Positions 39,879 to 50,028 of a DNA stretch of 64,000 nucleotides are shown here, piece after piece. The notes below the pieces were generated by a model, which was given only the letters and a program-made list of their open reading frames with translations, was not told the origin of the DNA and ran no database searches. Position 1 is the stretch's first letter; each line of letters begins with the position of its first letter. The position numbers and the translations under genes were made by a program. The stretch is from Giardia intestinalis (Eukaryota): the NCBI GenBank assembly GCA_000002435.2, contig CM018792.1. One strand, 5' to 3'.

Positions 39879-40361
39879 TCAACGTTGTAGATAGGTTCTC
39901 ATTAGCACAAGGAAGTCATTATTGGTTGATTCCCTTACTAGCCATCTAGTGTTAAATTCAGCAGCAAGAGCGGTCTCCTCCTCGGCCTTCAGGCCCAGGC
40001 GCGCGGCGGCCCGGTTGGCGAAGTAGACGGCGCGCTGGTCTGGGGGCTCGTTGTTCGCGGCCGAGACCTCGATCGCCTGGGTGAAGAGCCGGATCGCCTC
40101 CTGGAAGTCCTCCGCCTTGAAGGCGGCGTTGCCCTGCGCCTTGAGCTCGCTGGAGCTTGTGCTGGAGACCGCCGGCGCCTTCGCCCCGCTCAGGATCTGC
40201 TCCAGGTCGCCGTTGCCGTGCCTGACGTCCTTGAGTCCGAAGCAGTCCCGGAGGCAATCGATGGCGACGTCCAGGTTGTCGGTGTCCTCAACGGCTTGCG
40301 CAGCCCTGAGGTAGAGGAGGTACTCGACGACGAGCCTCTTGGCGGCCAGCCTTGTCGTCAT
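39879..40361 (-). pseudogene. Truncated duplicate of the SGT (small glutamine-rich TPR protein) gene: the first 137 codons are identical to the intact copy at 53757, then 23 unrelated codons and a stop at the repeat boundary
   Basis: MTTRLAAKRLVVEYLLYLRAAQAVEDTDNLDVAIDCLRDCFGL...EETALAA is identical to the right-arm gene. It diverges exactly at the inverted-repeat edge (39961) into EFNTRWLVRESTNNDFLVLMRTYLQR*. Confidence 0.65.
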
Positions 40362-43300
40362 CTATTTTTAAGCAGTCGTTCACTCCCTCTCAAAGTACTC
40401 TCGCTGGTCCATGATCACAGAAACCACCGCGTTCATGTCGCGCCCGAGCCTGACATATGCCTCCCTCACCCGGTTGTAGTTCAGGTCGCCACCACAGATC
40501 CCGATGATCGTGGCGATGTTGTCCTCGTCGTCCGCGGTCAGCGGAGGGGGCTGCTCTGCAGGCTGCGGCGGCGCCCTTTCCCTTGGAATAAGGATCCCTC
40601 TCCCGGCCATCCCTGCCTCGATCATGTTCAGGTAGAGGTGGAGCACCTCAAGGAGCAAGTCGCGATCCTCGTTGAATCTCAGCACCAGATTGGGGCTCCA
40701 GTCGGATATCTGGGTTGTAAACATCTCCAAGAAGTTCGGTGTCTGGAGTATCTGCTCTAGCTCCTCGGTGCTGTACATGTGTGGTCTGTGGCTGTGTCTG
40801 GCCGCGCCCATGTGCCGGAGGGTGTCCTCGAGATCCTCTTCTGTCGGATCTTCGGCGATGATGGCAGCTGCCAGATCCATGTTGTTATTAGCCAGCTCGA
40901 GCGATATCTGCGCCAGCCGTGGCCTACAGGAAAAGGTCTCTACTAGCTGTGCGACGAGGTCCGAGTTGTTGCTAACTGGGTCTAGTTCTAAGGCATCTGA
41001 ATTGGATCCGGACGAGGAGTCTTGCACCTCAGCATGAGGATCTCGCGAAGCAGCCGATTCAATTTGCCGGGCCTGCGCGACCCCTGCGGCAGAACTGCTG
41101 GGAGGCGCTTCAAGGATCCTTCCGCGAGGTTTAGCCTGAGTGAATACTACGGTATCCTGAGTGATATTTGGAACCTTCGACAGTAGAATACCGTCATCAT
41201 TCAAGATAGATGCGTTGAGAATGAGACGGATGGTGGGCGCCTCTGCGGAGATGGCCTCAGCAACCTTCTTCCGCAGATCGCCGACGGTGCTATCTGGAAA
41301 AAACTCGAATGTCCTTGGCTCGAATTCCTTCACTGTGGACCTAACCGCGATCCTGATGCAATCAGACATTTTTTGTTTGCATAGACTAATAATTCACTTT
41401 ATCTCAGAGGGTGCGGTCACGGTTATCTCACCGGAGTAACAATCCGTTGTGCTCTGTGAGTGCCGATTGCTCTGCGGAACCATTTCCAGCGCCCTGACAA
41501 ATGAACGGTTAGAGCGTAGGGCCTTGTTAGCATACTGTGTATCCTCGCCTGCCACAAACTCTAACCCTAAGAAGTCGGCCATTTCGACATTGTTTGCTGA
41601 TGTTTCATGCCTAGACGCGAGGTGCGGCGCCTTCGACTGCGCTCGGCTCTTAGGCTTGAAAGCATTTGCTGCATGTAAATCCCCAAGCTGCCTTTCCTCT
41701 CTTCCGCAGGCGGCAGTGTTTTTCCGAGCAGGTAAAGAAACATCGCCAACTGATTGATGCCTTGCTGACAACTCAAGTTTGTTCTGAGACATATTGCCTT
41801 GAAGCTTACTCCCGTTATTAGGTAGGATGTTTCCCCCTTGAGACCTATTAGAAGTTAGTGAATTCTTGACTGTCGGGACGATTTCTTCTTGAGTTGAGCA
41901 GGAAACTACATCCCTCGCCGAAGCAGAAAGGTGACCTTGCTTGAGTGAGGCACCAAGCTCGCCTGCAATAGAGCTGCCACTCAGACGTGTACACGCAAGA
42001 TTAGCTGAGCTATCGTTTTGACAGATGATGATAGAATGGCTCTCCCCTTCTGTGTGAGGAAACTCAACAATGGTGTCCCGGCCGGAAAAGGAAACCCGGT
42101 CCTTTGTGGAAGTCGCTGGTTGCCCTTTAGCTCGTTTCTCGACCGCTTCAACACCTGCACTGGCCATGTTCTGCTTGCTAGTGTACCTGCTCTCCGAAAA
42201 TAACTCACCAGAGGTAACATTAGCATCATCCTCACTCATCGATGAAGTGGAATGCTGAGTCTCGACCTGCGATAGCCTGACATGTCGGCTTTCAAGGCAG
42301 TCAGCCGTAACAACTGTGTGGCCAAGCTTACTCAGGTGCTTCCCGTCGAAGTCGACGCTTTTGTTTTGCCGTAAGATGGACTGAAAGTTGGAATTGCGTA
42401 GTATGGAAGAGTTAGACAGCGCATGTCGCACACTCTGCTGAGATGAAGGATTGTCCGCGTCACATGTCCTTGGCGTCTTTGCACTAACTCTGAATTCATT
42501 GGTAGTCGTGGCACTATTTTGTGATAGAGATGTTCTGCTCAGCGAGTAGGGATCTTTGCTTTCCTGCCCCAGCGGAAGCGTGACCAGGCTTATGTTGCTA
42601 TCGCTGGAGGGTGTCTGTGGGAGGAGAGGGGCCGGACGCAGACGCTGAAAATCTGTTGAATGAGGTGCTCTGTCGCTATAGACTGGTGGTGAAGCTACTG
42701 AATCCCCTGTCAGAGGGAGAGTTGGCGGTATATAAATGGGGGTTATAGAAGTGTTTTGCCTGTCGTTCCTCATGTTGCTAAGCGGAACGTGCTTCGGTAT
42801 CTGAGTATCCTTGTAAATCGTAGAATCTTCTGTCAGGTGGCTTTCATTCTTTACATCCAAGTCAATCACTGTGGTCGAGGAAGCATGCGCCGAATGGACA
42901 TCGCCGGGGTCTTCCGACGAGGAATCCGAATAGTAATAGTAAGACTCTTCGTCGCTCTCCATTGAGTTGTAGTCCAGTTGACTGTGGTCACTGTCCTTCT
43001 TCTTGCTAACTGGTTCCTGTTTTTGCGCAGCAGGAAGTGTTGCCCTGGACTGAGTAGACGACGTAGTAATGGGCATTATGTCGGGCATTTTTCCGGTGAT
43101 GATAGGGAAAACCCGGGTAGCTTTTGGCCGAGTAGACTCTGACTTGGCAGAGTTTGTTACAGGGAAGGGCAAGCTTGCTATCTGCGTGATTAGGGGGAGC
43201 TGAGTATATGGCACCTTTTTCAACGGCAATGACACTGATGTTGCATTTTGCAGGGTCGTCAGTCGGTTTGGAGACACAATGACGGGCGCGGGCTGTACAT

Positions 43301-44089
43301 CTGGGCATAACGGAATTGATCGTTTTGTCGAGATCGACTCTGATGTATTTAGTGGAAACTTTACAGACTGTTCCTGCAAACAAGAAGGGTCTTGAGCATT
43401 AGTTGTTCGACGCGCAGAGCTCACGTGCATCCTATACCGACGATCCTTACTTGATGTAATTCGGGGCGCCCCCTGTAATTGGTACGGAGGAACAAGTTTT
43501 GGTACGGAAGTTCGGAACGGGATAGCCGAGCTTATCTCACTAGCTTCGTCTTGCTTAGTTCGTCCAAGAGTGAAGCAAATATTCCCAAAGTTTTCCGGAA
43601 ATTTCGTTGAAGGAATGACAATAGAGAGTGGAGGCGGGCGGAAGCTGGAAGAGTCACTAACAGTGCAATCGCTAGTAACCCTACTAAGAGAGAAGTTTGC
43701 TGGGCGAGCCGGCTCATTCGGCATGTGGAGGGATATACTTGAGCCCATAGAGACGCCAGCGGCTTCAGGAATGGGCAAGCCACCAAGCTGATTCTGAGAA
43801 GCACCGAGCCCCACCTCCCTCTCGGATCCGTTAGACTTAGACTGTCTTTCTATTTCCCGAGAAGACTTCTCGTTACACACAGCACTACAGGAGGCTACTT
43901 TTACCTCTGCAAGGTCTGGCCTAAACGAGTCGGCACTTTTCACCTCTTCCACGTTGTTTAGGGCTGTTGCGTGACCTGCGCATGTCTCTTGGCGGCCTTC
44001 AAAGGACGACGTTTTGCTAGTCACCTCCTTACACTCTTCAAGAGACGGCGGCGCGTCCGAGTCCAGCGCGGAAATCTGTCCGCTGCGCC
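39961..44089. repeat. Left arm of a 4129-bp inverted duplication, the reverse complement of 50029-54157. Apparently 100% identical.
   Basis: Every ORF translation in this span, on either strand, recurs identically in mirrored order in the right arm. Direct reverse-complement comparison at both ends and at 41361-41440 versus 52681-52760 shows identity. The boundaries were located by the first mismatches. Confidence 0.9.
40380..41369 (-). CDS. RAD23-like protein (N-terminal ubiquitin-like domain, internal and C-terminal UBA-like domains), copy A
   Basis: The Ubl fold at residues 1-80 is IRIAVRSTVKEFEPRTFEFFPDSTVGDLRKKVAEAI...TVVFTQAKP. The UBA-like segments are RLAQISLELANNNMDLAAAIIAED and NIATIIGICGGDLNYNRVREAYVRLGRDMNAVVSVIMD. 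329 aa. AT-rich initiator. Identical to the copy at 52749. Confidence 0.55.
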   Translation of the reverse strand: MSDCIRIAVRSTVKEFEPRTFEFFPDSTVGDLRKKVAEAISAEAPTIRLILNASILNDDGILLSKVPNITQDTVVFTQAKPRGRILEAPPSSSAAGVAQARQIESAASRDPHAEVQDSSSGSNSDALELDPVSNNSDLVAQLVETFSCRPRLAQISLELANNNMDLAAAIIAEDPTEEDLEDTLRHMGAARHSHRPHMYSTEELEQILQTPNFLEMFTTQISDWSPNLVLRFNEDRDLLLEVLHLYLNMIEAGMAGRGILIPRERAPPQPAEQPPPLTADDEDNIATIIGICGGDLNYNRVREAYVRLGRDMNAVVSVIMDQREYFERE

Positions 44090-47000
44090 TTTCAAATGAG
44101 CTTGTAATCGTCTTCTGCCCCAAAATCCCTATACTCTCTGGGGTTCCTTCTGTTCGAACTTCGGTGTCTATGAAAGCTTGAAGTTCATTGGGAGAACTTG
44201 TTTGCGAGAGAGCATACCCCAGCCCCTTGACAGAGTGATTCTGGTCTTTGGGAAGGTTCTTAACTAGCGTGTCTATACGCAGTTCGATTAGAGAGCCTGT
44301 GTTTTCCCTATAGAACGAGCCCTTTAGGGGCGTGGGAAGTAAAAACGAGGATTCAATAGCAGCTTCATAGAGAGACTTGAGTGATGAGGTGGAGCGTTGG
44401 CTGAGTTCGTTGCAGGTTATATTAGCTCGTTGTTGGCATGCATCGACTGGGGCGCGTGTGCAGTCCACCATCGAGGATTCAGGTACATCATCCAGACCAG
44501 GGATTTCGCAAAGCTGTGACGTGGAGGAAGAAACGGACTCAATCCGCAAAACAAGGGAGGTTAGCGATGGACACGATGAAGCATCACTCAACGCTACCGC
44601 ACCCAGCTCATCGTCATCGTATTGTGGTGAGCAGCTTGGCATCGGAGAAGATAAGATACTTATGGAGGCAGTGCTTATATTCTGGGAGGAGGTGAACACA
44701 GAGTCGCGATCCTTCAAGACTTTCGGACCAAGCTGAGAAAGATGAATGGCCAGAGACGCAGCCGCCCCCAGTGCATAGCCTACTTGCGCCTCTAGTGATA
44801 TGTAGGGGGCATTTGGAATGCAGGTAACGAAGCCTGTGTAATGTCTCCAATCGAAAACTGCGCCAGATCTAGTATTTGTTGCACAAGTACACTTATTGTA
44901 GGGAGTGCACGACGTAGAAGAGACACCGTCTTTGCTGATGGGAGATGCAACCTTCTGGGATTCTAGTGAGGAGGCAAACAAGTTGGGTAAGTACTTGTTA
45001 GAAAGGGTCAGCATCTTTTCCCGAATATGAATAAGCTTAATATCAACACTACGACTCATCACAGAAAGGGGCACGGAGCGGAAACTTTGAACATCAAAAG
45101 AGTCAGAGCAAACCCCCGAAGTTTGCCCCATTGCCTGCGTGCATGGATCGGGCAAAGTAACTGCAGAAGATAGAGGCATATCTGCGGAATTCTGCGGTGC
45201 ATCACCTTCGTTAAAAATATGTCCGGATATGGTCCTAATAGGAGGTTTAGAATCGTAACTAAACACGGAGCCACTGAGGCGGGAAGTTGAATAGATCTGT
45301 CCATGTTTTAAGAGCGAGCTATCCTTGCTCGTAGGAACCCCTGTGACGCCTCTGCCATCTTTCAGACAGGAGGTGGTCTGGAGAGATTGAACTACGGTGT
45401 TAAAAGTACAAGGTGGGATATTATAATGTGCATCTTTAACAATAGTTAAAAGGGCAAACGACTTCAAACCTACCATAGCCTCTTCTGCGGAGCTTTCCAT
45501 GTCTTCAGTATCCAAATCTAGGCCTAATTGCAAAATGATCTCTACAAGAGAGGCAAAAAGGTGCTCGTCATCTGACGCTGGGAGCAAGGTCGTGATGCTA
45601 CTCTTTGACGAAACCCGAGATATGGTTTTGAGGTGGTCCTCCTCGTCTGTTGTAAATGTCCTGTTTTGATCCGAATCGTCCGTTACAATCATGTGTGGCG
45701 CAGCTACGGATCGATTGTATGCCATTTTTACTTTGGAAAGGCTTGATGTTGCTGTCTCCAAAGAATCCAGCCCAATCAACTCAGTCTTGCTGGAGAGGGA
45801 GTAAAGGTCTGTAACGTTTTGACTACGAACCCCCTCGTCTTCTATCAAGCTCTGATTGTCTGAGTCTTCAGAGTTGTATCGAATGTGGTTAGGAAAGTCG
45901 CAAGTCTGGTTAGCCAAAGGGCTGTTAGAAATGTTACAGACCATGTTGTTTAACGATGACCCGACAGTTCTGGTCTTAGTATCGTCTAAGCGACCTGTCC
46001 TTGAAGTAGACGAGAAGGTGTCACGAGAAAGGTCTTTTGTGACGCTAGCCGCGTCGGCTAAATAATCTATAGAAAAGGAAGACACGTTTGAAGGAGCAAG
46101 ACTCTCGTCCAGCCCGCCACCAGCAGTATGACGGTATACAGACGAGTAGGCGCCAGAATCTTCTGCTCGAACGCGGGCCTTCTTATAGGTCTCAACTGGA
46201 ACATGGCGAAGTATTTCACGTAGTTTTTTAGTAGCGTGGACGGATCTGCGTACACTCATACGACTGGAGAGGTTTCCATCACGACTGCGAGGAACCAGCA
46301 GCACCGGGTCAGAAGAGGTTGAGTCGTTTTCTGTGTCTGGCTCGGAAAGTGATTCAGCCTGATACCGACCATTGTTACTGGCAACAATCCCACAAATTTT
46401 TAGTTCGCGCTCATTGAAAAGCTTCAGATCGGCGTCGTTGTTTATGCGAGGTCTCCAGTGGGTGGGAAGCGTATATAGAAACTCTTCGTCGGGATAGACT
46501 GGAAGGCGATCGAGAAGGTCCTCATCGAACTGGAAGGGCTCATTAGTGTGCTCAACTGCTTCTGTTTCTTCGTAACTCTTGTATGCATAAATGAGTTCTT
46601 GGAGCTCGGGCGTTTGATAGTTGAGAATCTGATTTCGCGAGTATCCACGAGTGAAAAAGGGATGATCCATAAGCGAGTGCAAGTGTTCCGAGCATCCGTA
46701 TCGCTTGGTAGGGTGGGCCATGAGGCCGTGGATCAGATCCCAAGCTTCGTCGCTGATGAAGTCAGGCCGAGACACACACTTATCATAGTCCTCTTCTGTC
46801 TTTATAGCAGCCAATCGCTGCACTAGCTCGTCAGGAGTCGATGCAACAAAAGCAACTTCGCCGGTCAGCAGCTCATATAATATGAGCCCGAGGGCCCAGT
46901 AGTCCACCGACCGCCCATAGGCCGGTGCATTGAAGATTTCTGGAGCCATATATTCAACGGTGCCAACTATCTCACGTTCTCCAACCAGTAGGGAGCTTGT

Positions 47001-49406
47001 TTCTCTTGTTGAAGAAATCTTCGTGGTGCTGGTCTGCTTTTCGGATACCTTGACAGCCTCGATAAGAGGAGAAGCACCCTCGTCAACGGATGGAAGCTGC
47101 TCTGCAAGCCCAAAGTCCGCTAAGAGAATATGACCATCATCACGGAAGAGGAAATTAAGCGGCTTGAGATCTCTATGCACAAAGATATCGATGAGTTGCT
47201 TAGACTCGTCACAGGGAAGATTTTGCGGAGGTGCAGGAGGTTTTGGTGGTAAAGCTTGCGAGAGATGAGGATCCACTCTCAGCTGTGACTGCTTAGGAGC
47301 CGCCGACTTGGCTGCAGGTTGCTGGTTCCTGAGAACATTTGTCGTGGAAAGAGACGCGGTATGTCCTGACGATTGCGTACGGGACAGATTCTGCGCAGTA
47401 GTGCCGGACAGGTTGAAACGCTCAGGAGGAAGAGGATGTAACGGAATTCGAGATCCATTTATTACTGGATTAGGCAGATGCTGCATGGTTGTACTATCTA
47501 AAGAAGCAGCCCCAGATTGTTCTGGAGGCAGCGCACTGATCATCATCGGCCGACTAAGAGCAGGGGAGGAAAGCCCGGGGACTAGCAGATTTCTTTGTGA
47601 ACTATTCTCAACGCGAGTCCTAGATGCTAATATGAAGGAGGAGTCGGCATCGCGTCCATCTAAGAAGCTTGCCTCCGTTATCTCTACATTTTCAGCCGGG
47701 GTTGCGACCTCTATACAGTCCTCGGATTCGGGCTGCCAGAAGGAGGCCTGAGTGAGTCCAGACAACGGTCCGCTCAGAGTAGATGTAGCATTTTCTGAAA
47801 TGCTAGCAGAGCCTCGTTGTATAGAACTAGAGGGCGTTTCCGAAGAGGTATGCAAGGGACAACGCTTACTTGACAAAAGATGGCTAGAGTTCTGATTTTG
47901 TTTCGATGAGGAGCTGGAGTCGTCGGGATCGGTGGTGGGAGCAGTTTCCATGCGACTCAGTAACGATCTCTGGACGACAGGCTTTGGACCCTGTTTGGAC
48001 TGTTTGCTGGAAAAGATAAGAGGAACAGGGGGGATGAGATTCGAAATGTCGCTTTTTTCCACAAGGTTCATGGGCGTGACATCGACCACCGGAGGAGGAA
48101 TTGGAGGTATTGCAAATCTGAGAAGCATCTTGTCAAATGATACTTGGTGGAGTGAAGCATTCGGTAGCGGAGCTGATTTGCTTGTGGAAAAGGCTGGGAT
48201 CTTATTTGTATTGGCCCTAGAATTCTTAAGGGCAAGTTTTGCTTTTTGTAGGCTACTTATTGCTGATCGCTGAGATTCTGAAAGAATGGGTGACGACCCC
48301 AAAGGCAAGGAAACCTTAGGTTGCGCACTCTCTGAGCGCACGGAGGCTTTGGCTTGAATCTCAAACAAGATGCTGTCGGTGAAGTGAGACGATACTTCGC
48401 TAGTCTTGGCAGAGGCTACCAAGTCATTGGATTCTGAAGAATTGGAGTCGGAGCTGCTGGAGGAATGGTAGTGACTATTTGCCTCACGCCTGGCCTCATC
48501 TGCCATGATTTCATTCACTACCTCTGCATTAGGCTGGTTCTGGTGCAGATCCAGATGCCTTTCCCCTCGATGTGCGATATGACCGTGTAAAGTTAAAACA
48601 GCGCAAACTATTTCTGCAAACCATCTCCTGGCCCAGCCTTCGCTGACACTCCCGACTATGTCCAGAAGAGATTTCATATCACCTCCAGCAGCATAGTCCA
48701 TAACAAAGTATATGTTTTCATCGTCGTAAAACGCATAGTGGAGGCCGACGATGAAAGACGAGCGAATGCGCATCATTATGCAGCGCTCTATGCGAAGACG
48801 TATTCTGTCTGAAAGATTTTTCATCTTGCTCTTGTTGATTTTCTTGAGGGCGAACAGCTGACCCGAAAACTTGTGCTTCACAAGGTGGACAGACGCATAA
48901 GCGCCAGAGCCAATGTCCTTTAAAAGGTAGAAGTAGTCCATTGAAATACCAGACCGCCGAGAACGCAAAAGAAACGATTCACGTATGTAAATCGTGTTCA
49001 TGAAGTCAGTCAGTGAAATCTGCTGAGTGTCCGACAGTGCCAGAGAATTCATGATAGTTAGATAGCGCTCCTTGTGTACCTGTTCACTATCATCATTTAG
49101 TCTGGGTAGTGCCTCGCCATTTTGAATGGCGTCATTTAGAGATTTAGAAGTATAGGGGTTCAATTCTGAAGAGAGATCATTGAGAAGGGGGCGTTGGCTG
49201 GAGTACTGCTTGCAGCGCTCTGGGCTAAGCAGTTGCTGCGACGCCTCTTCAATGAGATGCTCAAACATTCCTATCTGCGCTTCCTTGAGCCGGTGCTCCC
49301 GGCTCAGCAGATATGCAAACATCTCTTGAATGGAATCCTCCACAAACTTACTGAACATCGATATCCGCCCCTCGGTATCTTTATCCAACTCAAGATCTGA
49401 AGTCAT
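41394..49406 (-). CDS. Giant AGC-family Ser/Thr kinase of MAST/Greatwall (MASTL)-like type (2670 aa). The kinase domain is split by large inserts and is followed by a ~1750-aa S/T/P-rich low-complexity tail.
   Basis: IGSGAYASVHLVKHKFSGQLFALKKINKSKM is the MAST-type SxGAYG loop. YFVMDYAAGGDMKSLLDIVG matches the Greatwall segment [20 protein letters not shown]. A ~450-aa insert precedes FVHRDLKPLNFLF. LADFGLAEQ is followed by a ~45-aa activation-loop insert before GTVEYMAPE. DYWALGLILYELLTG. AGC tail HPFFTRGY. True ATG at 49404-49406. Confidence 0.8.
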   Translation of the reverse strand: MTSDLELDKDTEGRISMFSKFVEDSIQEMFAYLLSREHRLKEAQIGMFEHLIEEASQQLLSPERCKQYSSQRPLLNDLSSELNPYTSKSLNDAIQNGEALPRLNDDSEQVHKERYLTIMNSLALSDTQQISLTDFMNTIYIRESFLLRSRRSGISMDYFYLLKDIGSGAYASVHLVKHKFSGQLFALKKINKSKMKNLSDRIRLRIERCIMMRIRSSFIVGLHYAFYDDENIYFVMDYAAGGDMKSLLDIVGSVSEGWARRWFAEIVCAVLTLHGHIAHRGERHLDLHQNQPNAEVVNEIMADEARREANSHYHSSSSSDSNSSESNDLVASAKTSEVSSHFTDSILFEIQAKASVRSESAQPKVSLPLGSSPILSESQRSAISSLQKAKLALKNSRANTNKIPAFSTSKSAPLPNASLHQVSFDKMLLRFAIPPIPPPVVDVTPMNLVEKSDISNLIPPVPLIFSSKQSKQGPKPVVQRSLLSRMETAPTTDPDDSSSSSKQNQNSSHLLSSKRCPLHTSSETPSSSIQRGSASISENATSTLSGPLSGLTQASFWQPESEDCIEVATPAENVEITEASFLDGRDADSSFILASRTRVENSSQRNLLVPGLSSPALSRPMMISALPPEQSGAASLDSTTMQHLPNPVINGSRIPLHPLPPERFNLSGTTAQNLSRTQSSGHTASLSTTNVLRNQQPAAKSAAPKQSQLRVDPHLSQALPPKPPAPPQNLPCDESKQLIDIFVHRDLKPLNFLFRDDGHILLADFGLAEQLPSVDEGASPLIEAVKVSEKQTSTTKISSTRETSSLLVGEREIVGTVEYMAPEIFNAPAYGRSVDYWALGLILYELLTGEVAFVASTPDELVQRLAAIKTEEDYDKCVSRPDFISDEAWDLIHGLMAHPTKRYGCSEHLHSLMDHPFFTRGYSRNQILNYQTPELQELIYAYKSYEETEAVEHTNEPFQFDEDLLDRLPVYPDEEFLYTLPTHWRPRINNDADLKLFNERELKICGIVASNNGRYQAESLSEPDTENDSTSSDPVLLVPRSRDGNLSSRMSVRRSVHATKKLREILRHVPVETYKKARVRAEDSGAYSSVYRHTAGGGLDESLAPSNVSSFSIDYLADAASVTKDLSRDTFSSTSRTGRLDDTKTRTVGSSLNNMVCNISNSPLANQTCDFPNHIRYNSEDSDNQSLIEDEGVRSQNVTDLYSLSSKTELIGLDSLETATSSLSKVKMAYNRSVAAPHMIVTDDSDQNRTFTTDEEDHLKTISRVSSKSSITTLLPASDDEHLFASLVEIILQLGLDLDTEDMESSAEEAMVGLKSFALLTIVKDAHYNIPPCTFNTVVQSLQTTSCLKDGRGVTGVPTSKDSSLLKHGQIYSTSRLSGSVFSYDSKPPIRTISGHIFNEGDAPQNSADMPLSSAVTLPDPCTQAMGQTSGVCSDSFDVQSFRSVPLSVMSRSVDIKLIHIREKMLTLSNKYLPNLFASSLESQKVASPISKDGVSSTSCTPYNKCTCATNTRSGAVFDWRHYTGFVTCIPNAPYISLEAQVGYALGAAASLAIHLSQLGPKVLKDRDSVFTSSQNISTASISILSSPMPSCSPQYDDDELGAVALSDASSCPSLTSLVLRIESVSSSTSQLCEIPGLDDVPESSMVDCTRAPVDACQQRANITCNELSQRSTSSLKSLYEAAIESSFLLPTPLKGSFYRENTGSLIELRIDTLVKNLPKDQNHSVKGLGYALSQTSSPNELQAFIDTEVRTEGTPESIGILGQKTITSSFERRSGQISALDSDAPPSLEECKEVTSKTSSFEGRQETCAGHATALNNVEEVKSADSFRPDLAEVKVASCSAVCNEKSSREIERQSKSNGSEREVGLGASQNQLGGLPIPEAAGVSMGSSISLHMPNEPARPANFSLSRVTSDCTVSDSSSFRPPPLSIVIPSTKFPENFGNICFTLGRTKQDEASEISSAIPFRTSVPKLVPPYQLQGAPRITSSKDRRYRMHVSSARRTTNAQDPSCLQEQSVKFPLNTSESISTKRSIPLCPDVQPAPVIVSPNRLTTLQNATSVSLPLKKVPYTQLPLITQIASLPFPVTNSAKSESTRPKATRVFPIITGKMPDIMPITTSSTQSRATLPAAQKQEPVSKKKDSDHSQLDYNSMESDEESYYYYSDSSSEDPGDVHSAHASSTTVIDLDVKNESHLTEDSTIYKDTQIPKHVPLSNMRNDRQNTSITPIYIPPTLPLTGDSVASPPVYSDRAPHSTDFQRLRPAPLLPQTPSSDSNISLVTLPLGQESKDPYSLSRTSLSQNSATTTNEFRVSAKTPRTCDADNPSSQQSVRHALSNSSILRNSNFQSILRQNKSVDFDGKHLSKLGHTVVTADCLESRHVRLSQVETQHSTSSMSEDDANVTSGELFSESRYTSKQNMASAGVEAVEKRAKGQPATSTKDRVSFSGRDTIVEFPHTEGESHSIIICQNDSSANLACTRLSGSSIAGELGASLKQGHLSASARDVVSCSTQEEIVPTVKNSLTSNRSQGGNILPNNGSKLQGNMSQNKLELSARHQSVGDVSLPARKNTAACGREERQLGDLHAANAFKPKSRAQSKAPHLASRHETSANNVEMADFLGLEFVAGEDTQYANKALRSNRSFVRALEMVPQSNRHSQSTTDCYSGEITVTAPSEIK

Positions 49407-49436
49407 TAGGGTAACTTTTTTGGTTCAAAACTAAAT

Positions 49437-49994
49437 ATGACTCAGCGCCTCGGAATCGTTGACTTTTCCAATATAGACGTCAAGTCTCCTCAGGAGCTTG
49501 TGGAGGAAGAGTCCAATTGCAAGACTCGCAAGCCGGTTAAGGTCCAGGACGCTAAGAAACCGCGACCTGGGGACCAGGGACTCCGCATTGCAAATTGCGA
49601 GCTCAACACGCTATCTGGGATCACTACCCTTGTCGACGCTGCAATATGGTATCCGGAGCGGCTGTGCATGATGGATCTATCCTGCAATAAAATCACCACC
49701 GTTACTGAATTGGCGAATTTCCCAAACTTACGCATTTTATATCTACAGGGGAATCGTATCCAGGACGTCAGGGATCTAGCTCCCCTGTCGTCACTTTCTC
49801 TCTTAACATCCTTGACAATTCACGGAAATCCACTAGTTGCACAGAAGAACTTTCGACCATGGATCGTCCACAATCTCCCTCAGATCACCAAGCTGGATAA
49901 CATCCCTGTAACTGCTCGTGAGCGGAGAGACGCCGAGCAGCTTGTAAAGCTGGGGGCTGTTAGTTTAGTGCGAGATAACAATCTCAATGTCTAG
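49437..49994 (+). CDS. Small leucine-rich-repeat protein (SDS22 / dynein-LC1-like LRR class)
   Basis: LxxLxLxxNxI repeats: LSGITTLVDAAIWYPERLCMMDLSCNKITTVTELANFPNLRILYLQGNRIQDVRDLAPLSSLSLLTSLTIHGNPL. ATG at 49437, 30 bp from the divergent kinase start. Confidence 0.6.
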   Translation: MTQRLGIVDFSNIDVKSPQELVEEESNCKTRKPVKVQDAKKPRPGDQGLRIANCELNTLSGITTLVDAAIWYPERLCMMDLSCNKITTVTELANFPNLRILYLQGNRIQDVRDLAPLSSLSLLTSLTIHGNPLVAQKNFRPWIVHNLPQITKLDNIPVTARERRDAEQLVKLGAVSLVRDNNLNV

Positions 49995-50028
49995 CTTTGT
50001 AAATACCTTCGAAGTGTCGTTCAGCTGG

